DNA from: Balamuthia mandrillaris | Taxonomy: Eukaryota | Reading direction: 5' to 3' | Assembly: GCA_031835245.2 (NCBI GenBank) | Contig: JAVKOQ020000001.1 | Location: 620,001 to 684,000 of the forward strand | DNA length: 64,000 nucleotides | In this document: in pieces, positions 35,600 to 46,211 of the stretch | How positions within the stretch are numbered: position 1 is the first letter of the stretch | Layout: the number at the start of each line of letters is the position of its first letter | Translations under genes and position numbers: made by a program | Notes under the pieces: generated by a model | Told to the model about the DNA's origin: nothing | The model's database searches: none | The model's input: the letters and a program-made list of their open reading frames with translations, nothing else

Positions 35600-35881
35600 T
35601 ATTGTTTGCTCTTCTTTTGTTCTGCTGAATGAATTTTTTGTTGCTTTTCGATACAACAAACGATAATTTGAAATAATTTTCCACCAGAAAAATCGGGACG
35701 ACACGAAATAGAAATAGGTAAACCATCGAACCGGTGGAATCTGCATAGGTAAAACAGGAGCAAAGAAGAGGCGGATGAAGGAAAAAGAAAGGCAGAAGCA
35801 GAAGAGAAAAGAAAACAACAAGAAGAGGAAGAAAATAAAAGGAGCAAGAAAGAATGAATGAAAGGTCTTTGTTGTTGTGGC

Positions 35882-38465
35882 CTAATAATGGTAGGCAACG
35901 TCCCAAAGCTGCCGGTTGGGCATAAGACGGAACGGTGAAACCTGAAACTGGGCCTGTACAGGAAACAACGAGCCAAAGAAATACGGATGGTACAGCTTTT
36001 GTGTTGGTTCGCTGGTCTTTTCGTTCTTTTTCAACGATAACAACGTTAATCTTTGGTTTTTGAACCGAGAGAGAAAGAAGAAAAACATAAAAGCAAGGAC
36101 ACTAAGCCGGAGTACTTACTGAAGTAACAGGAGGATTACTTTCGCATTGTAAGTGGTAAATGTAGTCATAATGTTTGGTGAAGAAAGGTTTGCTGCGATC
36201 TCTGCCAAACATTCGTTCAGACCCGTTAGTGCATTCTACTGGTATCCATTGCTTCAAACGGTCGCTGTAGAACTCAGCCATGCAATGGAATGACTCTTGT
36301 ACCTTTTGCCGCACATAGCCACCACCGTTGAGAGCACCCTTTTTTATTCTCAAAGTAAGTCATGAAGAACGGAGACTTAACAACAAAGAACGAAGGAAGA
36401 AGACTTGAAAACGAACCAAAAGGCCAAAGATTTCAGGGTTAGCATGCTGGCCCTGCAGCAAGCGGGCAGGAATCCCGTTGTACCGCATGGTAGAAGTGAA
36501 CATCAGGGAGTATCCACCACAGTCAGTGTTCAAGTCCACTACGCCTGCAGCTACTCCTCCCATTCCACATCCTTGTTTCTCTGCAAAGTTTTTGTTGTAT
36601 GCCAAAAATAAAAGTACAAAGGACAAGGAGGATAAGAAAAAGCAGGACAAAGAAGCAATGGGACAAGAACAAACAAACCGAGTTCATCTGTGTATTTGAC
36701 AGTGGCAACAATATGACGAAGGATACGATGGGCATAGTCCACGTCGGTCTCGGAGGACGGGTCAAAGGCGAGATTGTTTCGCTGGATCCAGTCCTGAAAA
36801 CGAGCATCCTTGAAATTGTACTTCATATCATCGCTGCGAAGAAAGCGTTGTCTTTCTTCCGCAGATAGCTCCACCACCGGACTTAAGTTCGTTACATTGG
36901 AAGGATCTCGAGCGGCTTGCAGTTCATATCCTTAAAGCAAGAAAAACATAAGACAAGGAGAACCAGAGAAGAGCATGACTTATCAAAATACTAACCTTTT
37001 GCATCCTCAGGAACACCAAGGAATCGCATGCTATAGTACCAATTGTACTGAATGCAAAACAATGTGTGATCTACATCAGAAGGGCACGTTACTCTACACT
37101 TATACATCCTAATATCAGGATGCACATTCTCTTTGTCTTTGCCTTCTAACATCGCCTCTGCTGTACAATCCACAAACTGCAAACCCTCTTCTGAGCGCTC
37201 ATAACCTTCCACCGAGACTCTTTCTTCTGGAGGATGCAACTTCAAAAACGCTTGTCCGTGTTTGTCTTCTTCTCTCGCTCGTTTACTCGTCAAAGTGAAC
37301 GCCTTTATCTGGAAACCGTTTTGTTGAGCAGCTTCAGGAGGTTGTGTGAAGTAAAACACAATGTCCTCTCCTTGCTGCATCTTGTATTGCAGCAAGCACT
37401 GCATAGAGACCGGGGGAGAGCGATAAAGAACCAGTTGATTGGCTTCAAGGGGCACCAGATAGATGTCTCTTGTGCGGAGAGATGCCAAGCGGTAGTCTCC
37501 ATCACGATACACCCATACGAACTCGAGGTTTACTCTTGGTCTGGATGGTGGATAGGTGTAGCTAGCGTTACCTACAGTCAAGACAACGATAGAACAGAAA
37601 AGAGATGTAAGAGATATGTAGAGAGTAGGACAAGAAAAAGATGGTACCTAGTCTTGCAAAATCAGCCAACCGATGAACAAAGATACAGTCTGTTACATCC
37701 ACAATGGAGGGGCGTTCTCCGTCATCAGCCTTGTTTCCTTCTCCCTCGTTTCTCTCCTCATCTGCTGTCGCTGTCATCGCCTTCGTCGTGGAACCACCTG
37801 GGTGAAAGACACACGTGTTCTCGCCCCAACCCGTCAAAGCAGGAAAGGACTGTTGGTTGTTGTACACTTTGTTCATCATTCTCTGCCACTGAGCCTTGAG
37901 GTTATGGTCCTTTGCCAAGATTGGACAACAAAAGGAGTAAACGGGATCCACCGCGTATTTGTCGGTGGGTAGGATGAGACCCTCATCAAAGGCTTGGGTA
38001 AAGTCTTCGCGCAGCAACAGGTCCACCAAGCGTTCCGCTTTGGAGTTGAGAACTTGAGCTAGGACCTTGTCTTGTTCTCGCTCTGCCTCTTTTGGGGCAT
38101 TTGCTTCGTCGTAAAGAACTACGTCAGGAAGAAGAGTGTCTTCATCTATGTCAGCGTCCCTTTTGTGCGCTTTCAGCCTGTTTGTTTTAAAAAAAATTAT
38201 AAACTTCTCATGAGAAGAGCAAATGAAAAGAGCAAACCATCTCCAGGCGTCGTTTACGTTTTGGCTTCCTGTAAAATATAACGCCTTGATGGCTCGTTCT
38301 GTTGGTCGAAGAGGTAAAGTCAGCAGCAGTGTGAAGAGGTCATGAGAGTGGAAGCGAATGGAAATATAGTTAACGCTTGTTGGCTCCTCCGGCGGTCATA
38401 GCCGCAAGCATTACCGGATCCACCAGCCTCATATCAGCGCAGTCTGCTTGTTCACCGCCTTGCAT
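35882..38465 (-). CDS. UBA-domain + transglutaminase-like (papain-fold) protein
   Basis: Spliced N-terminus VDPVMLAAMTAGGANKQRAIKALYFTGSQNVNDAWRWLKAHKRDADIDE (UBA-like). C-terminal TDCGGYSLMFTSTMRYNGIPARLLQG...FHCMAEFY...WIPVECT is a transglutaminase core. The acceptor of the last exon is inferred. Confidence 0.75.
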
Positions 38466-38900
38466 TTCTTCTTTCTTAAAAGACTTTGAAGAAAAGAAAA
38501 CACAGCAGCCAGAGCTAGCTTGTCGTGGGTGTTTGTTTGCGTTATGTTCAGTGCAGCGTTTGACCGGTCCCCCTCTTTCCTTCCTTCCTTCCTTTCTTTT
38601 TGTATTTCAGATAACAAATGAACCGAGGGGCACTGCTGCACAGGTTGTTCTCAAAATGTGAAATTTCCATTAAAGGTATGAGCCTAATACCTAATGGGTC
38701 CATTAGGCTAATAGGGAACAACAACAATTAATTAGAGTATTTGTCGACATAGAGGAAAGCAGCAGGAAAGAAGAGAAAGAAGGAAGAAAAGTGTTCAGCT
38801 GCTGTTTTGTCTTCTTATTTTTTTTTTATTTCTCTCCTCCTATTTCTTTTTTTTAATAATATAAATAGAGGCCAGATACAATCAAACAACAACAGCGTTG

Positions 38901-40454
38901 ATGCCGAAGAAAACGGGCAAGACAAACTTTCATCAGCTTCACAAACACTACAACACTCAGCATTCAGCCCATGCTCCTTCCTCTGCCACATCAACAGGAT
39001 CTGCCTCGACCTCCACCTCCACCTCTAGGAGCATAAACAGTAGCAGCGCTCCTTCCCACAAAGCCACCAGAAATCCCAAATTCGACACAGAGAACGACTT
39101 TTGGTCATCGCTACGCAAAAAAGATGCCTCCTCCTCAGCCTCCGCTCTACGCTTTGCCCACGGCAGAAAGGGACTAAAACAACGACAACGAGCCCTGCAA
39201 AAGGCCCATGAGAGCGTCGTGCCTTCCCTCTGCGAGCTGTGCATGGAGCTGGTCGTGCAACGCGCCCCCGAGGATGGCTTCTTTGCGGACATCTCCTCCT
39301 CGCTGCCTTACCACCTCCGCTGCCAGGCCTTCTATCTGGCCTGCAAACGCGGCTTGCTCCCTCCCGAAAAGCTGCAGGAGGCGCTGCTCCATCCGGAGAC
39401 AACCACGCTGGACTTTTCTCATGCCAACTACTCCCTGGTCGTCAACGAGCCCTTCCTCTCGGCCTTCCTGCCAAAGGTGCCGGTGGTTAGCGAGGAAGGC
39501 TTGGAGAGTTGGGAGGAGATCACCAACGAGAAGCTCTACGCGGCTCCCAACCAGGGTTGCTCCGCCCTCTCTCGCCTGGATCTCTCCGGTTGCCTCCACA
39601 TGTCGGCTGGCTTTCTGGAAAAAGTGGTAAGGGAGTGTAAGTTCCTGACCAAACTGCGATTGTCCCGCTTGAGAGTCAAGGACTTGGATGACCTCTGCCT
39701 CGTCTCCAATTCTCTGCGCAAGCTCACCATCTCCAAACTGCTCAACAACCTGCACCCAAACTGTGAGTTTCATTTTCAGCTCAAGACGCCTTCCCTGCAA
39801 AATGTGAAGCTACAAGGTTTCAACTCCATCCTGCTGCCCTTGGCTCTTCAGGAGAGCTTAGGTCACACGCCCTCATTACGGCGGGTCGACCTCTCTGGTG
39901 TTTACTTCTCTAACAAGTGCTATAGCACGGATGGAGACTACGCCAACCATACCATCAACAATAATGCTGGCCCCAATAAGCTCATCCTGTCTCTTATCGC
40001 CGTCATGAAGCGCAACTTCAAGAGCCTGCGAGCGGTGGGCCTTGCCAAGTGTCAGCTTCGAGATGCTGACCTGCTGCAGCTAGCCACCGCCCCTTTCAAC
40101 CAGGTGAGAGAATTGGATCTCTCTGACAACACACGTCTCTCCCAGGAAGCCATCCTCGTCTACGTCGATCAACGCAAGGCCTTTCTGCGGTGCCTCTTTG
40201 TGGGAGGATGCCAGATGGTCTGCGCTCCTCGCATCTTGCAACTTTCGTCTTCGTATTCGTCATCTTCAAGTTCGTGGAAACGAAGAGATAGTGGTAGTGA
40301 AGAGGAGGAAGGAGGCCCATCGGAATACTTTGGCGCAGATGAAGATGATGCAGAAGAGGAAGAAGGAATGCAACGGATACGAATCTACGGTTGCTATGCC
40401 TCGCCGTCCTCCAACGTACCGTTGGATGGCCCTGTACTGCTTCCTCTCCCCTGA
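38901..40454 (+). CDS. LRR protein with BC-box/VHL-box-like motif, intronless
   Basis: VPSLCELCMELVV...SLPYHLRCQAF (BC-box plus cullin-box-like), then LRRs LSRLDLSGC, LTKLRLSRL, LRRVDLSGV and VRELDLSDN. Confidence 0.75.
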   Translation: MPKKTGKTNFHQLHKHYNTQHSAHAPSSATSTGSASTSTSTSRSINSSSAPSHKATRNPKFDTENDFWSSLRKKDASSSASALRFAHGRKGLKQRQRALQKAHESVVPSLCELCMELVVQRAPEDGFFADISSSLPYHLRCQAFYLACKRGLLPPEKLQEALLHPETTTLDFSHANYSLVVNEPFLSAFLPKVPVVSEEGLESWEEITNEKLYAAPNQGCSALSRLDLSGCLHMSAGFLEKVVRECKFLTKLRLSRLRVKDLDDLCLVSNSLRKLTISKLLNNLHPNCEFHFQLKTPSLQNVKLQGFNSILLPLALQESLGHTPSLRRVDLSGVYFSNKCYSTDGDYANHTINNNAGPNKLILSLIAVMKRNFKSLRAVGLAKCQLRDADLLQLATAPFNQVRELDLSDNTRLSQEAILVYVDQRKAFLRCLFVGGCQMVCAPRILQLSSSYSSSSSSWKRRDSGSEEEEGGPSEYFGADEDDAEEEEGMQRIRIYGCYASPSSNVPLDGPVLLPLP

Positions 40455-40790
40455 CACCAAAGAATACAAAGAGGGACCTAAGAGAAGGGATACCAGATAA
40501 TCTCTTGGTATTGTAATTATAGTCGTGGAAACGAAAAGAAAGAAGAAAGCTTATCTGCCCATCCATCTTGTGTGCCCATTTGTTTTGCTTTTTTTTCAGC
40601 TTGCAGAGGTTAGGGTTAGCGGTTCCGCTTGGGAAAATTATTATCGTTGTCCACAAAAATTATTTGCCAAACCGAAAAGTTGTCAATAAGCGTGAAATCT
40701 ATCGAACAAAACAAACAAAAAGTAAAACACAACAACAAACGGAGAAAAACAAGGAGAGATCCACCAAAACACAAGCACTCTCTAGACACC

Positions 40791-41118
40791 ATGTCGCGGC
40801 CAGTGACGATGATCGGTATCACACTCGTTTCGCCTTCCAGGTTCCAAAAGCCCGCGGTGAAGGAGATTTTGAACGAGTGGGGCTTGCTGCGGCGGGGCCG
40901 GAGCGTCTACCAACCAAACACGCGGAAAGTGCGACAACAGCTCGAGGCAGTACGTCCTCACTCTCTCATCCTCCCCCACCACTTTGTAACTCATTCCAAT
41001 CCATGGTCTTTTTTTTTCCAAACACAAGGTAAAACACCTCGTAGTCCTGGAACCGATCTTTGCCCCCCAACAAACCACAACCTCCCCTTATGCCTCCTTG
41101 CTTCCTCCTTCTCAGTAA
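40791..41118 (+). CDS. Mitochondrial-type ribosomal protein uL30 (two exons)
   Basis: Splicing GTACGT...CAAG gives MSRPVTMIGITLVSPSRFQKPAVKEILNEWGLLRRGRSVYQPNTRKVRQQLEA|VKHLVVLEP, which fits the bacterial-type L30 pattern (ITLV...GL....V...T......VKHLV). Confidence 0.75.
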
Positions 41119-41202
41119 TTTCTTCGTGTCGTCCTGACATATGTGTGCGCATAATGTGCAGTATTTGAGTTCAATTGAATAAAAACAAAAAAAGAAAGAA
41201 AG

Positions 41203-42046
41203 ATGAAGAGCAACGCGTGGCGTTCGTTTCGTGTGGTGCCGAACCGGAGGCCCAACCTGTTGGCTTCGTTCAAGCAGTTGCAAAGGGACTTCTTCTTGTC
41301 ATCCTCTTCCTCCGCTTCTCCCGTCTTTCTGTGGCGCTGCCACTACTCTTCTTCCACTGCAAAACAACCAACGAAACCAGCGGATGAGTCTTCTCCAACA
41401 TCTTCCACTTCTTCCACCACCACCACCACCAAAGCCCGTCATCGACGGCTAGAGGTCCCACAACAACAAGCCGATGACACAGCCCATGACCCAACTAGAA
41501 GGTCCTTATCTCCCCTGGAACGCTCCCGGTCGATGGTCGCTCTGCGCATTTCCGGCACCCTCTCCACCATGGGGCTCTACCTGCAACCGCAGGAAGGCCA
41601 GGTATCCCCTCTCTACGGCTCCTTGATGCCCTACGTGCTGGACGAGAAAGGCTCCCCCCACTTCGCACTCCCCGAGTCGGATCAGCACGCCCAAAATCTT
41701 CTCACTTATACGAAAGCTTCTCTTGTGGTACTTTCTTTCTTCTCATCTTTCTTTGTTGTTGATCGTTTGATTCGATGGTTTGATGAAAAAAAAAAAAAGG
41801 TCTATCCACTGGTGCCGGAGTTCATCAACCCCTCCAACTTTGCGCTGCCGAGGGTGCTTCTCTCGGGGGAGACCAGCGCCCAGCACGATGAAAGCAAGGC
41901 CGCCACCTTGCGGGCACGGTTCTTGCAGAAGCACCCCGGCTCGCGCAAGTACCTCGACCAACTGCAGTTTTACAGCATGGTCCCCTCTGAGATTGTCTAC
42001 TGCTCCGGAGGGTGCGTCTCTTTCTCCTCTTTCCTCTCCCTCCTTC

Positions 42047-42078
<32 letters not shown>

Positions 42079-42728
42079 CGCTTCCACTCATGCTTCATGG
42101 TGATATCTTCTCTTTCTTTTCTTTTCGTTTTGTTTGTTGGGGACGAAAGGTTGGCAGAGACCATCCATTTAGACACGGAGGAATGGGCCAAGAGCCCCAT
42201 CTGTCCGGTCCTCTCCTCCAGCCGCAAGATCTTGGAGGAGATGAACGGCAGGAAGCGCCTCGCCCTGCAATGGTTTTGCAAGGAGTACGCCAACATGACC
42301 CCCGACGAAGCCTTCATGTTCTCCGTGGATCGCTTTGGCTTTGAGCTCATGGCTTGGCGACAAACTGACAGGTACCTCTGCCTCCTCTCGCTCTCTCGCC
42401 TTTCTCTGCCTTCTCATTCTCTCACAAAAAACAAAGGCAATGGATGGAGCTGCGGTTCCCATTTCCACACGAGATGAAGACGGCAGAGGAGTGTATGAGT
42501 GGCTTGGAACAGGCCATCAAGGTCATGAAGGACAAGCATCTTCCCACCGACCTGGAGGAGGAGGACAGGCAAAAGCTGGAGGAGGATATGGGCATACAAG
42601 GAGATGTCTTCCCCTCATCACAAGGAGGGAACATCTCCAACGCATTCGAGAAGGTGCAACAAGAGGCTGAACAGCAGGAACGGCTTCGGAGAGAACAGAT
42701 ACGTGCAAAGTTGGAGGAGGGGCTCTGA
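41203..42728 (+). CDS. Mitochondrion-targeted HugZ/PNPOx-like split-barrel + DUF2470-like protein
   Basis: R/S-rich presequence; GTLST, YGSLMPYVLDEKGSP, QHAQNL...ASL, RVLLSG and FLQKHP; C-terminal VDRFGFEL...LRFPFP. Confidence 0.7.
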
Positions 42729-42817
42729 TGAGAGAGAAACAAAAGAAAAGAATGCGAAGTGCTATTGTTGGTGTTATTTGTTTTTTTTTTTTTTTTTTTG
42801 AGTGTTTTGGTTTGAAT

Positions 42818-43656
42818 TTAGTTGCTTACATGAACGGGGAGAGGAGCCTTGATGTGATAGTAGCCAATGGTCTTCTTCACGTCGAAGATGAGAAGAAGTT
42901 CGTGCTCGGTGTCTTCGGCGGTCTCTTCAAGCTTCTTGGGGAGAGGGTAATGAATGCTGCCTTCGTAATCCACGTAGCCGTCCAGAGGGAATCTAGCTCC
43001 TTGGAAGTACTCCTGGTCCGTGCCGGTCTTCTTAGGTTTACCTCGCTTGGGCTTGCCTCCTTCCTTCTTGGCTGGTTTAGGCACTCCTTTGTAGGTTTGC
43101 AGGTAGGCTTGGATGGACTTGACCTGGTTGGAAGCAGAGTTTTCGATTTTTACTGTTTTTTTGGAGGAAAGAAAGAGCGTCAACCGAAAGCATGGCTACA
43201 AACAAAAAAAAAGGATTGGCGACGAGAGAAAAGCGAGAAAGAGAGGGAGAGAGACTCGAAACTGACAACAACAATGTTGCGAGAACAAAGGGGGATGGGA
43301 GGAGAAAACAATGAAGCCATACCAAACACTTCCACTTTGTCTCCAGGTTTGTAGGGTCCTTGGCCGATGGAGCAGGTGAAGTTCAAGTAGTCCTTGGAGT
43401 TGAAAAACTTTTTCTTCACTTCGGTGGTGATTTTGTCGCCAGACACGCGAGTCTCGGCCAAAGGTCGAGGAGAGGTCGCTTCTGCGCCGCTCTCCTTCCT
43501 CGGCTTTTCCTTGCCCTTGTCTTTGCTCCCCTCGCTGGAGCTGTCGTGAGAGCTCTCCTCCTCCTCCTCAGATTCCGAGGAAGAAGCGGTGTTCTTCTCC
43601 TCGCTCTCCTCGGACTCCGAGGTCTCCACCTTGTTCTTCTTCTTTTCCGAGGACAT
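42818..43656 (-). CDS. Arrestin C-terminal-like domain protein with acidic N-terminus
   Basis: KKKFFNSKDYLNFTCSIGQGPYKPGDKVEV|VKIENSASNQVKSIQAYL...HELLLIFDVK...IKAPLPVHV resembles the arrestin-C beta-sandwich (YxPGE/D...IxNxS..VKxI). Confidence 0.6.
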
Positions 43657-44325
43657 CACGATTTGTAGCGGTTCTTCTGCCGTGGTTGAAAGCTTTGCTC
43701 CAGCCAAAAAAAAAAAAAAATAAAATAAAAAACACACACACAAACACACCCAACAATTCAACGTAGTGGGCACAAAATCAATTCAAACAAAGAAAGGTAG
43801 CAAACGCGTTCTCTTCCGTGCAAATCCTCTTTGTGCGTGTGTGAGTGAACGTTAGAAAATGAACGGGCAAAGAAAAAAATAATACACAAATGCTGTTCAG
43901 CCCCCATCAAACCTATCAGCTTCACTACCCCAAAAAAAACCATCATCGATTGGCGCCAATTAATTTTAGGTGACGTCGGGGCAATGACGGGCATTGGAGG
44001 ACGGAGTTTGTATTATTTTTTGTGGACATGTCGACAAAATGACTTCGAAGAAAATCGGATTTCGAAGGCTTTTTTTTTTGGTTTTTCAGCTTGCGCACAG
44101 CGAAAATAACAGGGAGGATTGATTCGGTGGACGCACTTTGGGAAGAGAGTTTAAAATTCAAGAGCCACTACACGCTTTTATTCTGTGGTGGTTGCAGTGT
44201 GAGGCAAAATTAACCAGGCACACGTACTCAGGTGGCTTTTAGGTGGTTCTGCGCTTGGATTGAGCGCCTTGTTGGTTTGGAAGTTCGTGCTCAATCGGAG
44301 GATTAAGCGCAGACATCTCCTCACT

Positions 44326-45832
44326 ATGCAAGCCTCTGCTGCCTCTTCTTCCTCTTCTGCTTCACATCCAAAGTATGTATTCCAACAACACCCCTTTTAC
44401 CCCGTCTTTGTCATTGACGTTTTTTTTTCCACCAACTCTCTTAGCACCGCCTCCTTGCCTTTGTACGCTTACTTAAATCCGTTCACTCTGTTGGGGGCTC
44501 TGTTCACTGGTGCGATACCACCAGGTAACTCGTTGTGTCACCCTGCTTTCTTTGTATTGGCCTTCTTTCTCGTGTTTTTTTTTCCTGCTTCAAGCTCACC
44601 CCTTTTTTTTTTGATTCAGAACATAGAGACCCAACCCTTGCCGCGGCTCTTTTTCGGAGAGACTTTGAAGAAAGCTATGGCCCCGTCCACCCTGTATTCA
44701 TAGAGGACTCCTACAATGAAGCCATCAGGGCGGCAAGGTCGGAGTTCAAGTTCCTCATTGTATATCTTCACTCGAGCTTGCACACCGACACGCCCAGTTT
44801 TTGTAGGTTTGTGTTTTGCACTGGCCCCTTTGCTTTCTTCTCAGAGAACAAGTTCGGGCTGACGAATAGGCCTTTCCTTTTAAACAACTCCACCGTAGAA
44901 ATGTATTGGCCTCTGAAACCTTTGCAGATTTTGTAAATGATAACATGCTTTTCTGGGGAGGAGACGTCAGAATGCCCGAACCGTACAAGGTTTGCTCGTT
45001 GCTTGGAGCCTCCTCTTTTCCGTTTATGGCTGTGCTTTGCAACATTGATGGTACCGTCAGTTGCCTTGCAAGATATGAGGGTACGTGATCAGCACCCTTG
45101 AACTGCGTCAACAAAGGTCTTCTTGGACTTTCAGTTGCTAAGTTCTTTTGTATCAGGTGCGATGGATACGATGAACGTAATGTCACAGCTAGCTTCACTT
45201 CTTGAGGAGCGAGGCCCCCTTTTGGTAGCTGCAAGAGCTGCAGTGTATGTGCCTCTCTCTCTCTCTCTCTCTCCCTCTCCTCCATTCAAATGATGAGATA
45301 TAAAGTATCGCTTCTCTGCATTTCTATGATGAGAATTGCACGTCAGTCTGATTATTGTCATTGTGTTATTTTTTGTTTTCTGTTGTTTGTTTTCTTTCAT
45401 CTCACCAATGCTTTATGCCGCACATTCAGTGAAGAGAGGGAGCAAGATCGCCTCATTCGTGAAGAACAAGACCTTGCCTACCAAGAATCTCTACTTCGTG
45501 ACCAAGAACGAGTACGCCCTCTCCAGTTCTCTCTAGCATAGCAACAATGTTTAACTCCCATCTTATCATCAAAAGGAACGGCAACTAAGAGAAGAGGCAG
45601 AACGGAAGGAAAGAGAAGAGCGAGCACTTTTGGAAGCCGAGCGACAGGAGGAAGAGGAGGCCAGAAGAGCGGAAGAGGCTCGCCAGCAGTTGTTGGCTGA
45701 GAAGCAGAGGCGCCTGCCCCCCGAGCCCGCTCCCAACTCTCCCACCACCGCCAAGATCGTCATTCGCCTGCCCGACGGCGTTCGTATGGAACGGCTGTTT
45801 CACTGGACCGACACTGTTCAGGTATCTATTCC

Positions 45833-45868
<36 letters not shown>

Positions 45869-46060
45869 TGATATTTTGTTTTGCTACCAAACAAATAGTC
45901 TCTGTATGATTTTGTGGATGTGTCGCAGCCGGAGAATGTGAGAATGGGGGAGTACTACCTCATGTCCAATTTCCCACGCAAGGCCTTTACCGACGAGTCC
46001 CTCACCCTCCGCAGCGCTGGCATCGATCCCCAAAGCCTGCTCTTTGTGCAACCTCATTAA
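44326..46060 (+). CDS. FAF2/UBXD8-type UAS+UBX p97/Cdc48 cofactor
   Basis: FEESYGPVHPVF, FLIVYLHS, FWGGDV and FPFMAV (UAS); REEQDLAYQESL coiled coil; LPPEP...IVIRLPDG.R.ERLF...SNFPRK (UBX). Start uncertain. Confidence 0.88.
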
Positions 46061-46211
46061 AAAACAAAACCATCCTACCCTTGGTTGGCCGTTTTAAACA
46101 TCTGACCACCCAACCTTCTCTCTTCCCTTCTCTCTCAGTAAAAGAGATTCCTTCACTTCTTTTTCTGTTTGGTCGACAAAAATAACCTGAAAGAAAAATA
46201 GGGTAAAGAAG

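Noticed and set aside
35882..38465. Calling the transglutaminase-fold gene PNGase or Rad4/XPC
   Set aside because: It lacks the PNGase CxxC zinc pairs and RxGRCGEW motif, and it retains a catalytic Cys and lacks evident BHD domains, unlike Rad4/XPC.
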